DNA from: Geosiphon pyriformis uo1
Lineage: Eukaryota > Fungi > Glomeromycota
Length of the DNA stretch: 64,000 nucleotides
NCBI GenBank assembly: GCA_016748015.1
Contig: JAAOMT010000046.1
Span: 516,273 to 580,272 of the forward strand
Direction of reading: 5' to 3'
Below, in pieces: positions 39,501 through 53,800 of this stretch; position 1 is the stretch's first letter; the number at the start of each line of letters is the position of its first letter. The notes under the pieces are model-generated. The model was not told where the DNA came from and searched no databases. It saw only the letters and a program-made list of their open reading frames with translations. The translations under genes were made by a program, and so were the position numbers.

Positions 39501-42500
39501 TTGCCTTTGTTGTTTGTTTCTGTCTCTGATTCAAAGTCAATAGAGTATTTAGACTGTACTGGATATGTTTCTTCACAATACTTGATAATGTTAAAATTAA
39601 GTTCTTAGAAGTAGGTGGCAAGTGTTTTACTGTTAAGGTTTTCAGTTCCCAATTGTAAATAGTGCACTAAATTATTGTAGAGGTTGCTTTTAATTTTTGA
39701 AATGTTGTAATTTCCAAGAAGATAATTGTTGATACAGTTTTCAATATACTGATAAAGTGTTTTTTTAACAATTTCAATTCCATTTAGAATGTTGAATCTT
39801 TGCTTGCAATAGATGTAAATTGACTGATAATACTCTAAAGTTGTTGTGTCTGGTGTGGTCACCACTTTGAAGTTGTTATTGCTGTGTTATTTCCATAGGA
39901 GAGCACCAAATGTTACTGGAGGTTTTTGGTCTTTTTTCTTAAATGTTGTTGATGTTAATTTGTTGTGAATTTACGTTTTTAGGAAGTAGTTGGACCTCCA
40001 ATAACTGAATTTATCTTCAAATTATCTCCTATAATTTGAACTGCTGGGCTTATAAGTAGAATAGCCAATTCTGTGCCAGTTACTTTGTGTAGTTATATTG
40101 TAGTAAACGTCAATTTTTTTTCAAGAATTACTTATCTGGAAGCTTACTAAAAATGTGTAATTACTTTGCTATAAAAGTCAACTTTTCTACAGGAATCTTA
40201 TCTGTAGACTACTCTAATAATTATGATAAAAAAAGAATGGAAAAATAAAAAAAATGTAAAAAAAATAGAATTCTGTCAAGAGAAACGTTTTCTATCCAGG
40301 CCTGAAGTTACTAACAAATTACTGAAATTAGTAGCTAATTAATTTCAAAATGTTAGTTGTGTTGAGGAAATTTCAAGTGCAATAATCAAAGAATTTGGTT
40401 TTCAAATATTTAATTTTTATTTGAATGTGTAAAAGGTAATTTGTTCTAATTAAGATAACTAAAGTAATATACTATGTTAAAATACTATGAGAAGATATAT
40501 TTTCTTGAAGAGAGAAGCTTTTCTTTTATACAACTTGTTGTAGTACTAGTCTTTGAACTTGCACTTTTCTCTTTGCTGTAATTTGGGTGAACTAAAGATA
40601 CATTTTGGCAAACTACAAGTTATTTCACTGAATTATTGATTATTTCGGCCAATTTTTATTAATTTTGGCGAATTTTGACTATGTTAAATGGTTCAGAGTA
40701 TTGTGTAATTTGATCATCTTACTTTCTATAATACAAATTGGATTATTGATTGAGTAATGATATTTGATAATTTGATTAAATAATAAGTGATATTCGAAAT
40801 AATAATAATATATGCTAATTAATAATAAAATTATGAGGGTAATTTCATGCTAATTAATAGCTAAAATTCTACTGGTAACAACATCTTAGCTTTATTGCTA
40901 AATCAAATTGATTTTAAGTTCAGATAAAAAAGACATAGTTTGTAAATCCAAATGTCTTTAATCATGTTTTTCGTAATATTGGCCATGAATAGATATTAAG
41001 CAAAAAAATGAAAAAATTCAATAAAATTGCACAGATGAAAATAATAGACTTTCTTAAAGCAAAACAAATTAAAAAAACATTGTTAGGTACTTGGAAACCA
41101 ATTCTAATAATAAGTAAAGAAGCAGATCATCAAAAAATGTAAATTTGTTAATAAAATTACAATTATTATCTATTATTAACTTTTTAATATCTCTTTTAAG
41201 TGATTATGTTTTCGAAGCTTATCAAGTTAATTGTATGACAGCTTAATAAATATCCTTCAAGAAGTTAGAAATATATTGTATTATGTACAGTTTTATTTAT
41301 ATTGGGTTGAGTGCATTACTATTTATAATTGGAACTGTAATCAGTTAATACACAATATTTGTATTTTTGAAGATGTCAACTATAAACCCAATGTTTATGA
41401 TACAATTGTTTTTATAGTGAATGATAATTTTGATATATATAGTCTGGAAGTTGTGTGGAATATAAATTGTAGTAATTGTGGTACTAATGCTCATATTGTT
41501 TAATGTAATGCTTGGCCCAAAGCTGCAATGTAAAGATTATGGGTCAGACTCTCTTATTAATACATATCTTATGAGATCCTAAACTTTATCCAGTTCTATT
41601 ATTTAAACACATGGTTGAAGTATCTACTAGCTACTAAAAAAGAGACTACTGGATAGGTTCTATAAAACTTTGGCAATTACTATTGCCAATTGTTTGATAA
41701 TAATAATTTCCAATACATGGCTCTTTGTTATTCCTTTCTATTAACTCCTATTTGCAACATTTTCCACAAGCTAAAGAATTCGAATCACATACAAAAATCT
41801 TATCAGCCATCAAGATTGGACTTAATGCCAATGCTATCATTGTATTATATATACCCATTTTTAAAACATGATATGTTGAGTCTAGGTCTGAATTTTCATT
41901 TTGCATGATTATGTTTGGATTATAAAAAGCATTCAACATGGATTTATTTATTCCAAAAAAGTTGATTTTTAATATATCTTTAAAATTATCAGTTAAACTT
42001 TCACTCACTAATATTAAATATTGGTCAAATAATGAATATAATTGCTAGTATAGAGTTTTTTTTTAATTACAGATATCAAAGTTGGTGTGAAAACATATTT
42101 ATTGGGTATATATCAAAATTTTTATATTCTGAGTTTTATTACTGGTCATATTTCTCTTCCTAAGAAAAAGTAAATTCAAACTTCATTTCTAGTTGATTTG
42201 CTTGAACAATGTTTCATTAATAAACTTGTTCCTGGAGAATCCTATTGGATTATTATTCTTATTTATAGGTCTGTTAATTTTTTCTTTCAATATGAAAAAA
42301 AAGTAATTTTGTTAGCCAAAGTTTGATCCAAAGTAATTTCATTAATATTTACAGCAACAGTCTCCAAAATACTACTAATCTCTAAAACACTACCAGTCTT
42401 TAAAGCATTAAGAGCAGTAGTAATGTACTATATGTTAACTATTATTAAAACTTTCATAATACTTACAAACAACAAGCCAGATATAATAGTTCTATTATTG

Positions 42501-45500
42501 TCTTATGATGGCAGTGATAACTTATAAAAAAGAAAAGTAATTGAATATTGTAATATTTCAGAAATTTTGTTTAGTGTTCTATAATTGTTTCTAGAAACTT
42601 CTTTAATTTTTTTTACTACCATAAAAAAAATGATTTCCATTGACAAATCAGAAAATTTTCCTAACTGTATTAGAAAGTTGATTTCACCAGCTTAAGAAAA
42701 ATGAACTGCCAAGAAGATGCCCACATACAGCCCTAAAATTGAAACAGAAAGCTTATTTTTAAAGAGCAACTTGACAGAAAAAAACTGGTCAAGCACTTTA
42801 AAAATTTTACACATATGATGAGCAAGAGAAATGTTCATAATAATAGCAACACCAGAATCCAAGTAATTAGAGTCTAAACCAGAAGTAAAAACATGAACAC
42901 TATTAAACTTATTAGCAATCCATAGATGAATTTTATCTTTTAACTTAATCTTAGTAACAATTAAAATCAAATTGCTTATATTCTTATGCCAACAAACAAT
43001 ATTTTTCTGTTTTGCAAGATTGTTTATACTCTGAGTGTTACATATAGCAATTTTCCAAACCAAACTGTTTATTGAGATAAAGTGAAAACCAATAAACCCA
43101 AACCAGAACACAAATAATCCAATCTTTCTAAACCCAAATTAACTGATATTTTCAGAGCCACCATTTTTAACTTTAAGCCATCCATCTTGGTAATAAAAAT
43201 CTTGGAACTACTTAAGCTAAAATCAACAACTGCATTAAAACCAACCAAAGGAAAAGGGGTAGATAATGTTAACATATTATCCAAAACCATATCCAAATCC
43301 AAATTAAAAGCCAAAAAAACAAGAGCAACCAGAGGAGAAACATAAAAAGATGTAGCCAAAGACACCAATTTAACAAAGCTCAACTTCTTTACAAGAACAG
43401 AAACCTGGTTAGCCAAAAGCTTTATAGAGCATTCCAAGACCACCAAACACTTATTTAAGCCAGAAACAATAAGGGGAGCAGAACCCAAAGAAGGAGATAT
43501 CACACTCAAAAGTAAACCAACACCAGATGAAACTAATGAAACCACATGAAACAGAGAGCCACCAGCAATTTAAGCCCAAGTTTTATCTTCAAATAAGACA
43601 GGGCATACAATAGGAGTCTGTTTTTTCTTATATATGTTGACCAAATGAGCCCAATCCTAAGAAGTTATCACATGTCTGCCATGACCACCAAAATTCTCAT
43701 TCATTACACAATCAGCAAAAATATAACCAAATTGTTTACACTAAGCACAACAGGCTAAAAAGAGACCAGCCCAGTGCAAATTCACACTTTTAAATACTAA
43801 AATAGAGCCAATAACAGCCAATTTGAATGCTTTATTCTTAAAACACATTACAGCACACCTATTCTGCACATATAAATTTAGATTATGGCCAATGACACAA
43901 GTTTTCTTACCATAAGAAGCCAATAAATCAGACAAGTTATAAGCAGTAGTACCAATTGGAAATGTGTACAATAAAGCCCAATACTGGTCTTTAAACACTC
44001 ATATTTGTTTGTTATCAATAGTTTTTGCCACATAAACAGAGTTTTTTTTTCATAAAAACAGACCATTTAGCTGCGACCAAATCAGCTATTTCAGATAATT
44101 CATATTCTACTAATGTCTTTTATTATAAATTAATTAGTTGCATCTTGATTAACACAATCTTATCAAACTTAAAAAAAACTAACTATATAACTGATTTGGG
44201 AAGATTGATCAGAATCTCCTTAACAATTATTTTTTGATCTAAATGGCTGTTTACTTTTCTGAGATTATTATTGACCAAGATTTTTTTACAGATTGTCAAT
44301 TCCCTTGTCTTAATTATACTAAATTCAGAAGTAAATAAAGCTCTAATAATCTCTGAGAATTTTAAAGGAGTTGATGTCTCTCCAAAATCATCAATTTGAT
44401 AAAAAATTTTCTTGATTAAAATCAACTTATTACCATTAGTTTTTTTTAGACACAACAGCCAATTTCATATTCAATGCAAATGATTTGACTGGTTTGAAGC
44501 TTTATCTTTCTAGAACATGTGATTCAACAGACAGCAGCTGATTGGAACTATTAAACTTAAGAAGAGAAAGCTCCAGAGTATTGCCATTGTTACTCAAATT
44601 ATTGAATAAAAATGCTTTTGGTAGATGGCTCAACACATAAGTTTGAGTCCAAGTTTTTTTTAAAGTAGTCTTGCCCATGTTCTCATTACCAACAAAATTG
44701 TTTGAATTCGCATAACTTGTTTCCTTTACAATTATGTTCTTCATATTCTCCAAATCAGAAAAACCACTAATATTACTCTTAATACTGCCAACTTTACTGC
44801 CCCAGAATATTACAGATTTGTCATTAGCACCATTAATGTCCACTAAGCTCAATGGGCCAATAGACAAGTCAACAATATTACCAGTATTACTAATAGAATT
44901 TTAGCTATTAATTAGCATGAAATTATCCTTATAATTCTTATTATTAATTAGTATATACTATTATTATTTCAATTATCACTTATTATTTAATCAAATTATC
45001 AAATATTATTACTCAATTAATAACCCAATTTGTACCATAAAAATTAAGATGATCAAATTACACAATATTCTAAATCATTTAATATAGTCAAAATTTGCCA
45101 AAATTGATGGAAAATTGGCCGAAATAATTAATAGTTTGTAGAAATAACTTGTAATTTACCAAAATGTATCTTTAGTTTACCAAAATTAGAGCAAAGAGAA
45201 AAATGCAAGTTTAAAAACTAGCACTACAACAAATTATATAAAAAAAAAGCTTCTCTCTTTAAGAAAATGTATTTTTTCATAGTATTTTATTATAGTATGT
45301 TACTTTAAATATCTTAATTAGAACAATTATCTTTTATATATCTCAAATAAAAATTAAATATTCAAAAACCAAATCTTTTAAAATTATTATACTTGAAATT
45401 TTCTCAACACAACTAACATTTTAAAATTGATTAGCTACCAATTTTAGTAATCTGTTAGTAACTCCAGGCCTAAATAAAAAACGTTTCCCTTAACAGAATT

Positions 45501-48500
45501 CTATTCCTTTTACATTTCTTTTATTCTTATTTTTTTTCTTATTATAATCATTAGGATAGCCTACAGACAAAATTTCTGTAAAAAAGTTGACTTTTACAGC
45601 AAAGTAACTACACATTTTAGTGAGCTTCCAGACAAGCAATTCCTGGGAAAGAATTGACGTTTACTACAATATAACTACACAAAGTAACTGGTACAGAATT
45701 GGTCATTCTACTTATAAGCCCAGCAGTTCAAATTATAGGAGATAATTTAAAGATAAATTCAGTTATTGGAGGTTTAACTGCTTCCAGAAAACGTGAAAGT
45801 AGTAACAGACAGATATTAACAACATTTAAGAAAAAAGACCAAAAACCTCTAGTAACATTTAATGTTCTCCTATAGAAATAACACAGCAATAACAACTTCA
45901 AAGTGGTGACCATACCAGATACAACAACTTTAAAGTATTATTAGTCAATTTATACTCACTGCAAGCAAAAATTCAACATCCAAAACGAAATTGAAATTCT
46001 CAAAAAAACACTATACTAATATATTGAAAACCATATTAACAATTATTTTTTTGGAAACTACAATATTTTAGAAATCAGAAGCAATCTTTATGATAATTTA
46101 TTGTACTATTCACTATTGGGAACTGAAAATCTCAACAGTAAAATACTTGCCACCTATTTTCAAGAACTTAACTTTAGCATTATTCAGTATTGTGAAAAAA
46201 AATATCCAGTACAATCCAAATACTCTTTTAACTTTGAATCAGAAATAAAAACAAGCAACAAAGGCAAAAAAAAATCAAAACAACACTCAAAAACTGCTCT
46301 AAACACTCCAAGAATACCAAAAACAACTGTTAAATACTTACAAACACCTGAACAAGAAACCAGTGTCAAATTACCACTTTTTATTACACCATTTTCTATT
46401 TCACTTGCTCAACCACAAACTCCAAATTCATCATTTATTCATTTTTTAAGACCAAAAGATTTTTAGTCACCTAAAAATTCTACTTAACAACAAAAACCAA
46501 TATAAATCAATACCAATCTTTTTGATTACTTACAAAAAAACGAAAGTAATCATTTAAAGAACTTGAAAAGTGAAGAAACTAAATCAAAACAAGAAAAAAC
46601 TACAGAAAATAAAAAAAAAATAACAACTGTTTATATTGCAAAAATCTTAGAATTTACTAGTAAAAATAATAATACCAGCCCTCAAGAATGGCTTGACAAA
46701 GTCCAGAAAAGCAGGAGATACAAATAAATAGAATACAGCAAGAATGCTTAAAGCAATCTCATATTTTCTTCAAGGAACAGCAGAAGAATGATTTGAAAAC
46801 TTGGATGCATCTTTTGAAAACTGACAAGCATTCAAAGATGCTTTTTTACAATAATTTACTAATAACAACACTTCCATCACTCTCCAAAATTGGTTCCGAA
46901 ATATTAAACAAGAACCAAATAAATTAATTATGACTTACCTAGAGAAGTTTAACAAATTTCTTAGAAGAATTTGCCAGTTGGAAACCAATGAATACTATTC
47001 TGATGCCCAAATCTTGAATTAATTCATTGCTGAATTAAAAGATAAACTTATAAAAAAAGTATGTCCACATTTACCTAAAAATTTGACCACTGCTATCTAA
47101 CATACAAAAAATTACAAAATAGCTATAGAAGAAGCCAATTGCACAAAACTTGTGAATCTTGCTATTAGAGAAACCAGCTTAGCAGTTGAAAAAAAAATTG
47201 ACCAATTCACAAAAAAGGTTGAAAACTATTTTACCAACCAACAACAGCAATAATAAACACAAAAATATTAGCCACCAAAACAACAAAACCAAAACAACTA
47301 CCTATTATCATTAAATAGCCAAAACCAAAGTTGTCACTATTGTGAGAGAACATTGGAAGCAAGACTGCAGAAAGCTACAAAGAGGTTAACAAAACAGGAG
47401 TAATCAATATTATCCTTCAACACAGCAATCTTATTATTAGTCTTCACCATCAACCTATTATTTTTTAAGATCCCAACAGCAAAACAATTACTATTAGCCT
47501 GTTTCACAGCAGCAATATCAACAACCTATACCAATTTAATAGTATCAACAACCATCTATATAACAATATCAAGTACTAGCCCAAAAATTGGTCCAGCAAA
47601 ACCAGTTCACATCTCAAAATTAATTTCAGAATAATAACAACAGAATCAATCCAAACAACCAGTTGGTTTCCCGGAATTCTGATTAGCAAAGACCCAATCA
47701 CTACCATACTCAATTCAGCTATTTTACAATGTCTGAATAATCGGATTTTCAACAAACTGTATTTTCTGAAGATGAAGTTGTAGCACCAAGATTAAAACCT
47801 TCCAACAATACTATTTCATTAGCCCAAATTGCTCAAAATACCAACTTTTTAGATATATTTCCATTTGAATTTGAAGCCAATGAATCACCATTTTTGCTTA
47901 GCAATGCAGCAATCAATGAGCAAAAAGCAATTACTGCTATGTATACTGAAGCTAAAGTGAAAGGAAAACAAATCTGCTTAATTCTAGACAGTGGATTTGC
48001 TAGAAGCATTATTACTTATCAATTGATGTAACAGCTTAGAAAAAATGTTAACAGATCAGTTCAAACAGTAATTGTTACAGTTGATGGCATGAAGAAAACC
48101 CCAGTAGAAGAAATTGAAAACTTTTCATTTATCATCAATGAAATTACCATTCCAGTTAAAGTTTTAATTATGGATGCACCCCAATATCAAGTTCTTGTCA
48201 GAAATGATTGGCTTCTTAAGGCCAATACAAACTTAAATTAGGAAACCCAGGAATTGAAAATTTCATACCAAGGACAATATATCAGAGTACCTGCCATCTA
48301 TAGTACTTTAATAAAAAATCTGAAAAAGCCTCAGTATTCGAATTTGAAGAGAAAAAAGAACTACCAATCACTAAAGCTTTTATAACTCTTAGATTACCAT
48401 CCAATTAGACTGAAGAAACAGAACAAAAAATCTTTGAAAAAACTAGAAGATAGAATGTAGTTAGATATTCTACACCAGAACCAAAGAAACAACCACCCTA

Positions 48501-49259
48501 TATCCCACTCAAATGCAAAGATTGCAAGAAGAAACTTTCATCAATAAGAGCATGTATTTCTCCAAAAGAGAAATATGAAACTTGCATCTGCTATTACTGT
48601 AAAGCATGCCATAGAAAATGATTTGGATACTCCAAACAAAGTGGAAAATGGGACAACACTTCTTGTCTTATATGTAAAGATATATTATCAAAAGAATACA
48701 ACTGGATTGATATTACAATAAAAAAAAGAGTATGTGACTAAACTTGCCAATATGCCTTATCAATCTTGAAAAAGTTAGAAAAGGAACACCTTTTGATACA
48801 GCATACAACAGTGCTTTTAATAAACTTTACCATTACCTTTATGATGCTAAAATAATTTTTGATCTAGCTATAACTTTAATCAATAGAGCCACACAGAAAA
48901 ATATCTGCCAAATGAAAAAAGCTAAGTACATTGAATATATAATGAAATTAGCTGGATTTAACTATGAAGATAAAGTAGAAACATATTACCAAATTGCAAG
49001 CCACACTTATCCAATCCAAGAAGCTCAAATTCAATAATTAGAGCAAATAAATATTCAATTGTGTGAAGAATACATCATGCCTTGTAATGATAAATGGTGT
49101 TCAGAATGCTATGCTTTTAGCATCTTTTTATTCAGCAAAGATGACCAGAAGGAAATTAAGTTTGGAAAACTTGAGTTAAAAGAAGAAATTGCAACAACTC
49201 CAATCTATCTTACTAAAAACCAATCAGCTCTACAACTTAAATATTTTAACAATAATGAT

Positions 49260-49660
49260 CAAAAAATCAAACCAAAAAAAGCATACAATATAGATGCTGA
49301 ATATAATCTACAATATTCAGGAAAAGATATTTTGGTTGGAGAACCAAAATCTTTAACAAAAATCAACCTCAAAATTGCTCTTGAAATACCACTAGGAGCA
49401 ATGGTTCAAATTGCATCCAGATTATCATTAGCAAGCAAAAAAATCAATGTAAGAGGAGAAATTATAGATGCAGAATATACTGGAAATATTACAATTATAC
49501 TACAGAATGAAATTAACAAATTATTTAAAATCAAACATGCTGAAAAAATTGTCCAAGCAATTTACCTACTTTTAATCAACATTTCGGGTTTACAATCAGT
49601 TAACAATAAAAAACAATTGGAAAAAAGTGAAAGAAGAATTCAAGACTTTGGTTCAATTGG
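49260..49660 (+). pseudogene. dut: dUTPase domain in Gypsy-A copy 2
   Basis: DAEYNL, ASRLSLA, IIDAEYTGNI, IVQ, RRIQDFGS. Confidence 0.88.
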
Positions 49661-50647
49661 ACGATTCACAGTTCCAGTAAACATAGTTCTTAATGCACAA
49701 AATAAATCTTACCAGATTCTTTAACTTCTCTAACCAATTACTATTTCATTTTTTGGAAAACATCATAAAATTTACACTTGCTTAAAACTCACTACTACTC
49801 AACAAATCTTTAAATCCAATAAACAAATTTGTTTTAAACATAAAATTTCAATTCCAAATGTTTATATCTCCAAAAGAATAAAAAAATTCCAAGTTATATT
49901 TTACAACCCCAATAATTACTTCATTGTTTTATTAAATAAATTAGAAATTGGAATCATATATAGCAATATTTTCTAAGATAAAAACTCTTAAATTGTCTCT
50001 AATTTATTAAAATTGTAAGACATACCCTACTTCTTAATCTAAACATTATCTCTACTACTGAAAACTACCACTTTTTAGAAGAAAAACTTTCTCAAATTAA
50101 CATAGATTTCTTAGAACCCCAATAACAAAAACAATTAAAACAGTTAATAGCTAAATTTGCTGACATATTTGCAAAAAACAACAATGATCTGGGAAAAACT
50201 AATATTGTTTAACATCAAATTTACACAGAAAATGCTCTACCAAAACAACAACAAGCCTATCAAGTTCCACTTGCTAGCCACCAATTTATCAGAAAAAAAA
50301 TTTAAAAAATGCTCAATAACAGATTGATCCAACTATCAAGAAGTCCATGAGTCTTATCAGTAGTTCTTGTCAAAAAGAAAAATAGAAAAATCAGATTTTG
50401 TGTTAATTATTGACAATTGAATAGTGTTACAATTGGAAATGCCTACTCTTTTCTAAAAATTAACAACATGCTAAATGCTTTAGGAAAAGCCAAGTTTTTT
50501 TTAACTTTAGACTTGAAAAGTAAATACTGGCAAGTCAAAATGGATCCAAAAAATCAACCCAAAACAGCATTTACTACTGTTACTCATAGAATATAGGAAG
50601 TATATTAGTATATAAATTAGCCAATCAGAGATAGACATAGTAAATGT

Positions 50648-50815
50648 GGAATTCCAGGATTCCTCTCAGAGAAATTGCAGGATTCCAAGAATTTTAGAAT
50701 TCTCATATAAGAAATTGCAGGATTCCAAAATTCCAGAATTTCTCTTAAAAAAATTGCAAGATTCCTGGTGTAAAGAATTGAGGAATTGAGGAATTACAAT
50801 TATGTATATATAGTA
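50648..50815 (+). promoter_or_regulatory. LTR-B U3 repeat array (GAATTGCAGGATTCC-like units) ending in a TATA-like TATATATAG
   Basis: Same array and TATA-like box at 22090-22280 and 59648-59795, with variable unit number. Confidence 0.6.
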
Positions 50816-53800
50816 GTAGTGTTAAAAGTAGAAAAGACAGACTTCTCAGTTTAGATTTAATCTAAGCAAACTCCCAATTCACCAATATTAATAAATAATT
50901 ATTTGCTATCTCAATTTACTCTTTACTATTAACACTTTATGTTGATAGCGACCAATACTTAACCACACTGAAACAATAGCTCTTAATTATGGCTATTGAC
51001 AGGATATTAATTTGCAAATTGTCTTGGTTTAATTTCTTTATCTTTTTTTTATTTTTTTTTCTTTATTTATTTTTTTTTATTTTTTTTATTTTGTTGTGAT
51101 TACTAATTAATTAAGGATTAAGCGCTGAATTATTAACATTATAAATAACCTGGTAAAAGACCTAAACAAAAGATAATATTATATAGATATTAATGAATAG
51201 CTTACCAGAAGGGCATAACTGTCAGAATAAACTGGCCATCAAGCTGAAGAAAGAAATTGGAAAACCCATTACAAAAAACTTGTACACCATTAAATTTCTG
51301 TTCATTATACAAAAAACTCTATCTAAAACCTTCAGATAACCAAAACTTTCAGATATTATCAACCATTATTAAATCCATTGAGCATCAAGTTACAGGTTTG
51401 TTATTTGCTTTAAGACTCCAAATAATCATTTATAATATTTGGTGCTTTTTGTAAGATATAATCTTATAAAAAACCAATACCCACAGCAATCATCCAAAAA
51501 TGGCAAAATCAGAAATAATAGGAACAAACTATTTAGGATTTGCCAAATCCTTATTTTAACAGTACAGCCAACAATTGGACTTAACCAACAATTATTACCC
51601 AGTAGAATCAGTCTTCAACTTTTACATCAATGAAAAAATCACAGATTTTCTAGGAAGACCAGTTAACATTGAATCAGCAAGAAAAAACTTCTATACAGAA
51701 TTAATCTAACATATCAGCTAATCATAAAATCACAGTTTTGCACCAATCATTAAAGAAATCAATCAAGAAATTGAAAAATATACTCAACAGCAATTCCCTA
51801 TTACCTATGCAGATAAGAATAAAAGAAAGTTACAAACACCAGCAGCAACCTTAAAAAAAATACAATTACCAACATAAAAGAAACAAAAAATTGAATCTCC
51901 ACTATATTCATCATACTATTACATATCTGAAAGTACCATCAATATTACATTAACAGACACATCCACATCAAACACAACATTAACATTTGGATGACTTTTA
52001 TTTTAAAGTAAACAAAAAAAAGTAGAATTATTAAGAATGTATGGCGATTATTTTGAAGAATTTAAATTGTGATTACCAACACCATCAGAATTTTGATTAC
52101 TGCTGCCTCAACCAGATTTTGGGTTTATGAGTCTCTGGGAGATAACAAAATTGGAAGAAAAAAAAAACAACAATCAGAAAGTTTATTACCATAATCTGAT
52201 TGTAGAAAATCTAAATGTTAAAACCCTGAATATTTAAACTTAGGAGAATTAATGCCATCTAAATCTCAATCTTATTACTCAGCAAAACTTACCTCCAATA
52301 ATCATGATCAATTAATTACCAATTGATTTGATTGCCAAGCTAATACAGCAACAGCTACCAATATTACTTCAACAACTACCAGCACAACAACAACAACCAA
52401 TTATGCCAATAGTATACACACCCATTGTCAAACTTAAAAAGTTTATTGGTGAAGAAGATAACATACAAATGTGGCTGAATAATGTAGAAAAAGCCATTGC
52501 AACCAATAGATAAAATGATGTCAGAGCCATGCAAGCTATTTTCTATTTTCTTCAGGATACCACCAACTTATATTAAAGCTTGGTTAACAAACCCCAAGAT
52601 TTCAATGCATTTAAGCTTAAGTTCTTGTAATATTTCAGTAATAATAACAGTATCAACTGCTTAACCAACATCTTCACTACCATTAAGCAAGAAGAAACTA
52701 AAGTAGTCACTACTTACTTGGAACACTTCCACAAGAATTTGTGCCAAATTCAAGCAATACAAGCTGATTATTTTACTACACCACAAATTTTAAATCAATT
52801 CATTAGAGGTCTGTGCAATAGTATTCTTCAATGTATATGTCCATTGCATTCAGCAGACTTACAAGCAACAATTACTCATACCAGAGATTTTAAAGCTGCT
52901 TAATTAGAAGCCAACCACACCCAAGCCATAAATTTAGTAATGAATGGATCATCTGACTTGGATTCTAAATTGAAGCAATTCAATGATTCAATCAATTAGA
53001 AATTAGAGAGATACTTAGCTAACAACAATCAGACCATTTATTAATCTCTACAATAACACAATAATTCAGAAAACTCTAACTGTTTTCAAAATTAACTGCA
53101 TCTATTATCATTAACCAATCAACAGTAGTAACAGAAAACATGTGTTTGCTACTATTGTGGTAAACAAGAACACCTGCAAATCAACTGCTGCTATCACTTA
53201 AATAACCAATGATTAGGAAGTCAATATTAAAACTCCAATTGCTGGTTTTAAACTCCGAGATATTAATTAAATCCAGAACCATATCAACTAAATTATTCAC
53301 TAATGATGTAGCAAATATACTTACCACCAATTTATCAGCCTCCAGCACTCATAATTTATCAACTGCAGCCACAACTTATCTATTAACTGCAGCCCCAACA
53401 AATTCAAACACCACCATCAAATTCAGTTTAATTAATTACTGGAATTCAAAGACCAAAAGTCATCTATACTTAACAAAACTGGAGATCAGTGATGATCATA
53501 TATCAACTGATCTCCAGTTTCTCAACCCAATTTTCAGGATCATAACAGCAGAGTTCAAAAACCAAATATAGTCAAAATCCGAATTCTCAGAACTATTTAA
53601 GTCTCCTGATAACTCCAAAAGACATTTTATCCAACAACCCAAAATTCAACCAAAAACAACCACTTACCAGCAACATACCTTTAGCCATCATTATTAATAA
53701 TAAATCTTTAGCAGCAATTTTTTCTTTTGAACTCAAGGAAAAGGCATCAGTCCTATTATTTAGTGGAGCTATACTCAATGCCAAACCCATTACTGCCATG

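Larger units (their letters stand above)
31030..40880 (-). mobile_element. Full-length Ty3/Gypsy LTR retrotransposon, family A copy 1 (9851 bp), degenerate
   Basis: LTRs 39911-40880 (5') and 31030-31999 (3'). TSD ACAT (31026-29 / 40881-84). PBS TTTGGTGCTCTCC next to the 5' LTR and PPT AAGGAAAAAA next to the 3' LTR. Order is gag (CCHC relic), PR (LILDS), dUTPase, RT (VYLDN), RH, IN (GPF). Confidence 0.95.
28634..41200 (+). pseudogene. Degenerate putative transposase of the DNA transposon (28634-31029 and 40885-~41200)
   Basis: N-terminal C...C...W...LCxRH (THAP-like), coiled coil, CxxC-x11-CxxC (~29928-29984), and WVVVTCDxV and WLILVLGxLxxEMNML motifs. Many stops. Confidence 0.6.
28394..42667 (+). 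mobile_element. DNA transposon (~4.4 kb without the nested Gypsy), CAGT(C/T)AG termini, 5-bp TSD TATTA; superfamily uncertain (Academ/DUF6589-like?)
   Basis: Starts CAGTCAGAGA and ends TTCCTAACTG. TATTA at 28389-93 and 42668-72. Interrupts the LINE endonuclease frame. Confidence 0.75.
26031..44884 (-). mobile_element. LINE copy 3 in two pieces (26031-28393 RT/EN; 42668-44884 EN N-terminus and ORF1), split by a DNA transposon; 3' part lost, 5' part cut by Gypsy-A at 44885
   Basis: RT motifs (QGEVFFPLLW, FVDNT) and EN (ILNGNFN). The frame AGEINFLI|MKAVNESS is restored by removing the insert plus a 5-bp duplication. ORF1 is homologous to copy 1. Confidence 0.87.

Noticed and set aside
45728-45913. 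Antisense ORFs in LTR-A (also 30932-31159, 25293-25529)
   Set aside because: Frames and starts are not conserved between LTR copies.
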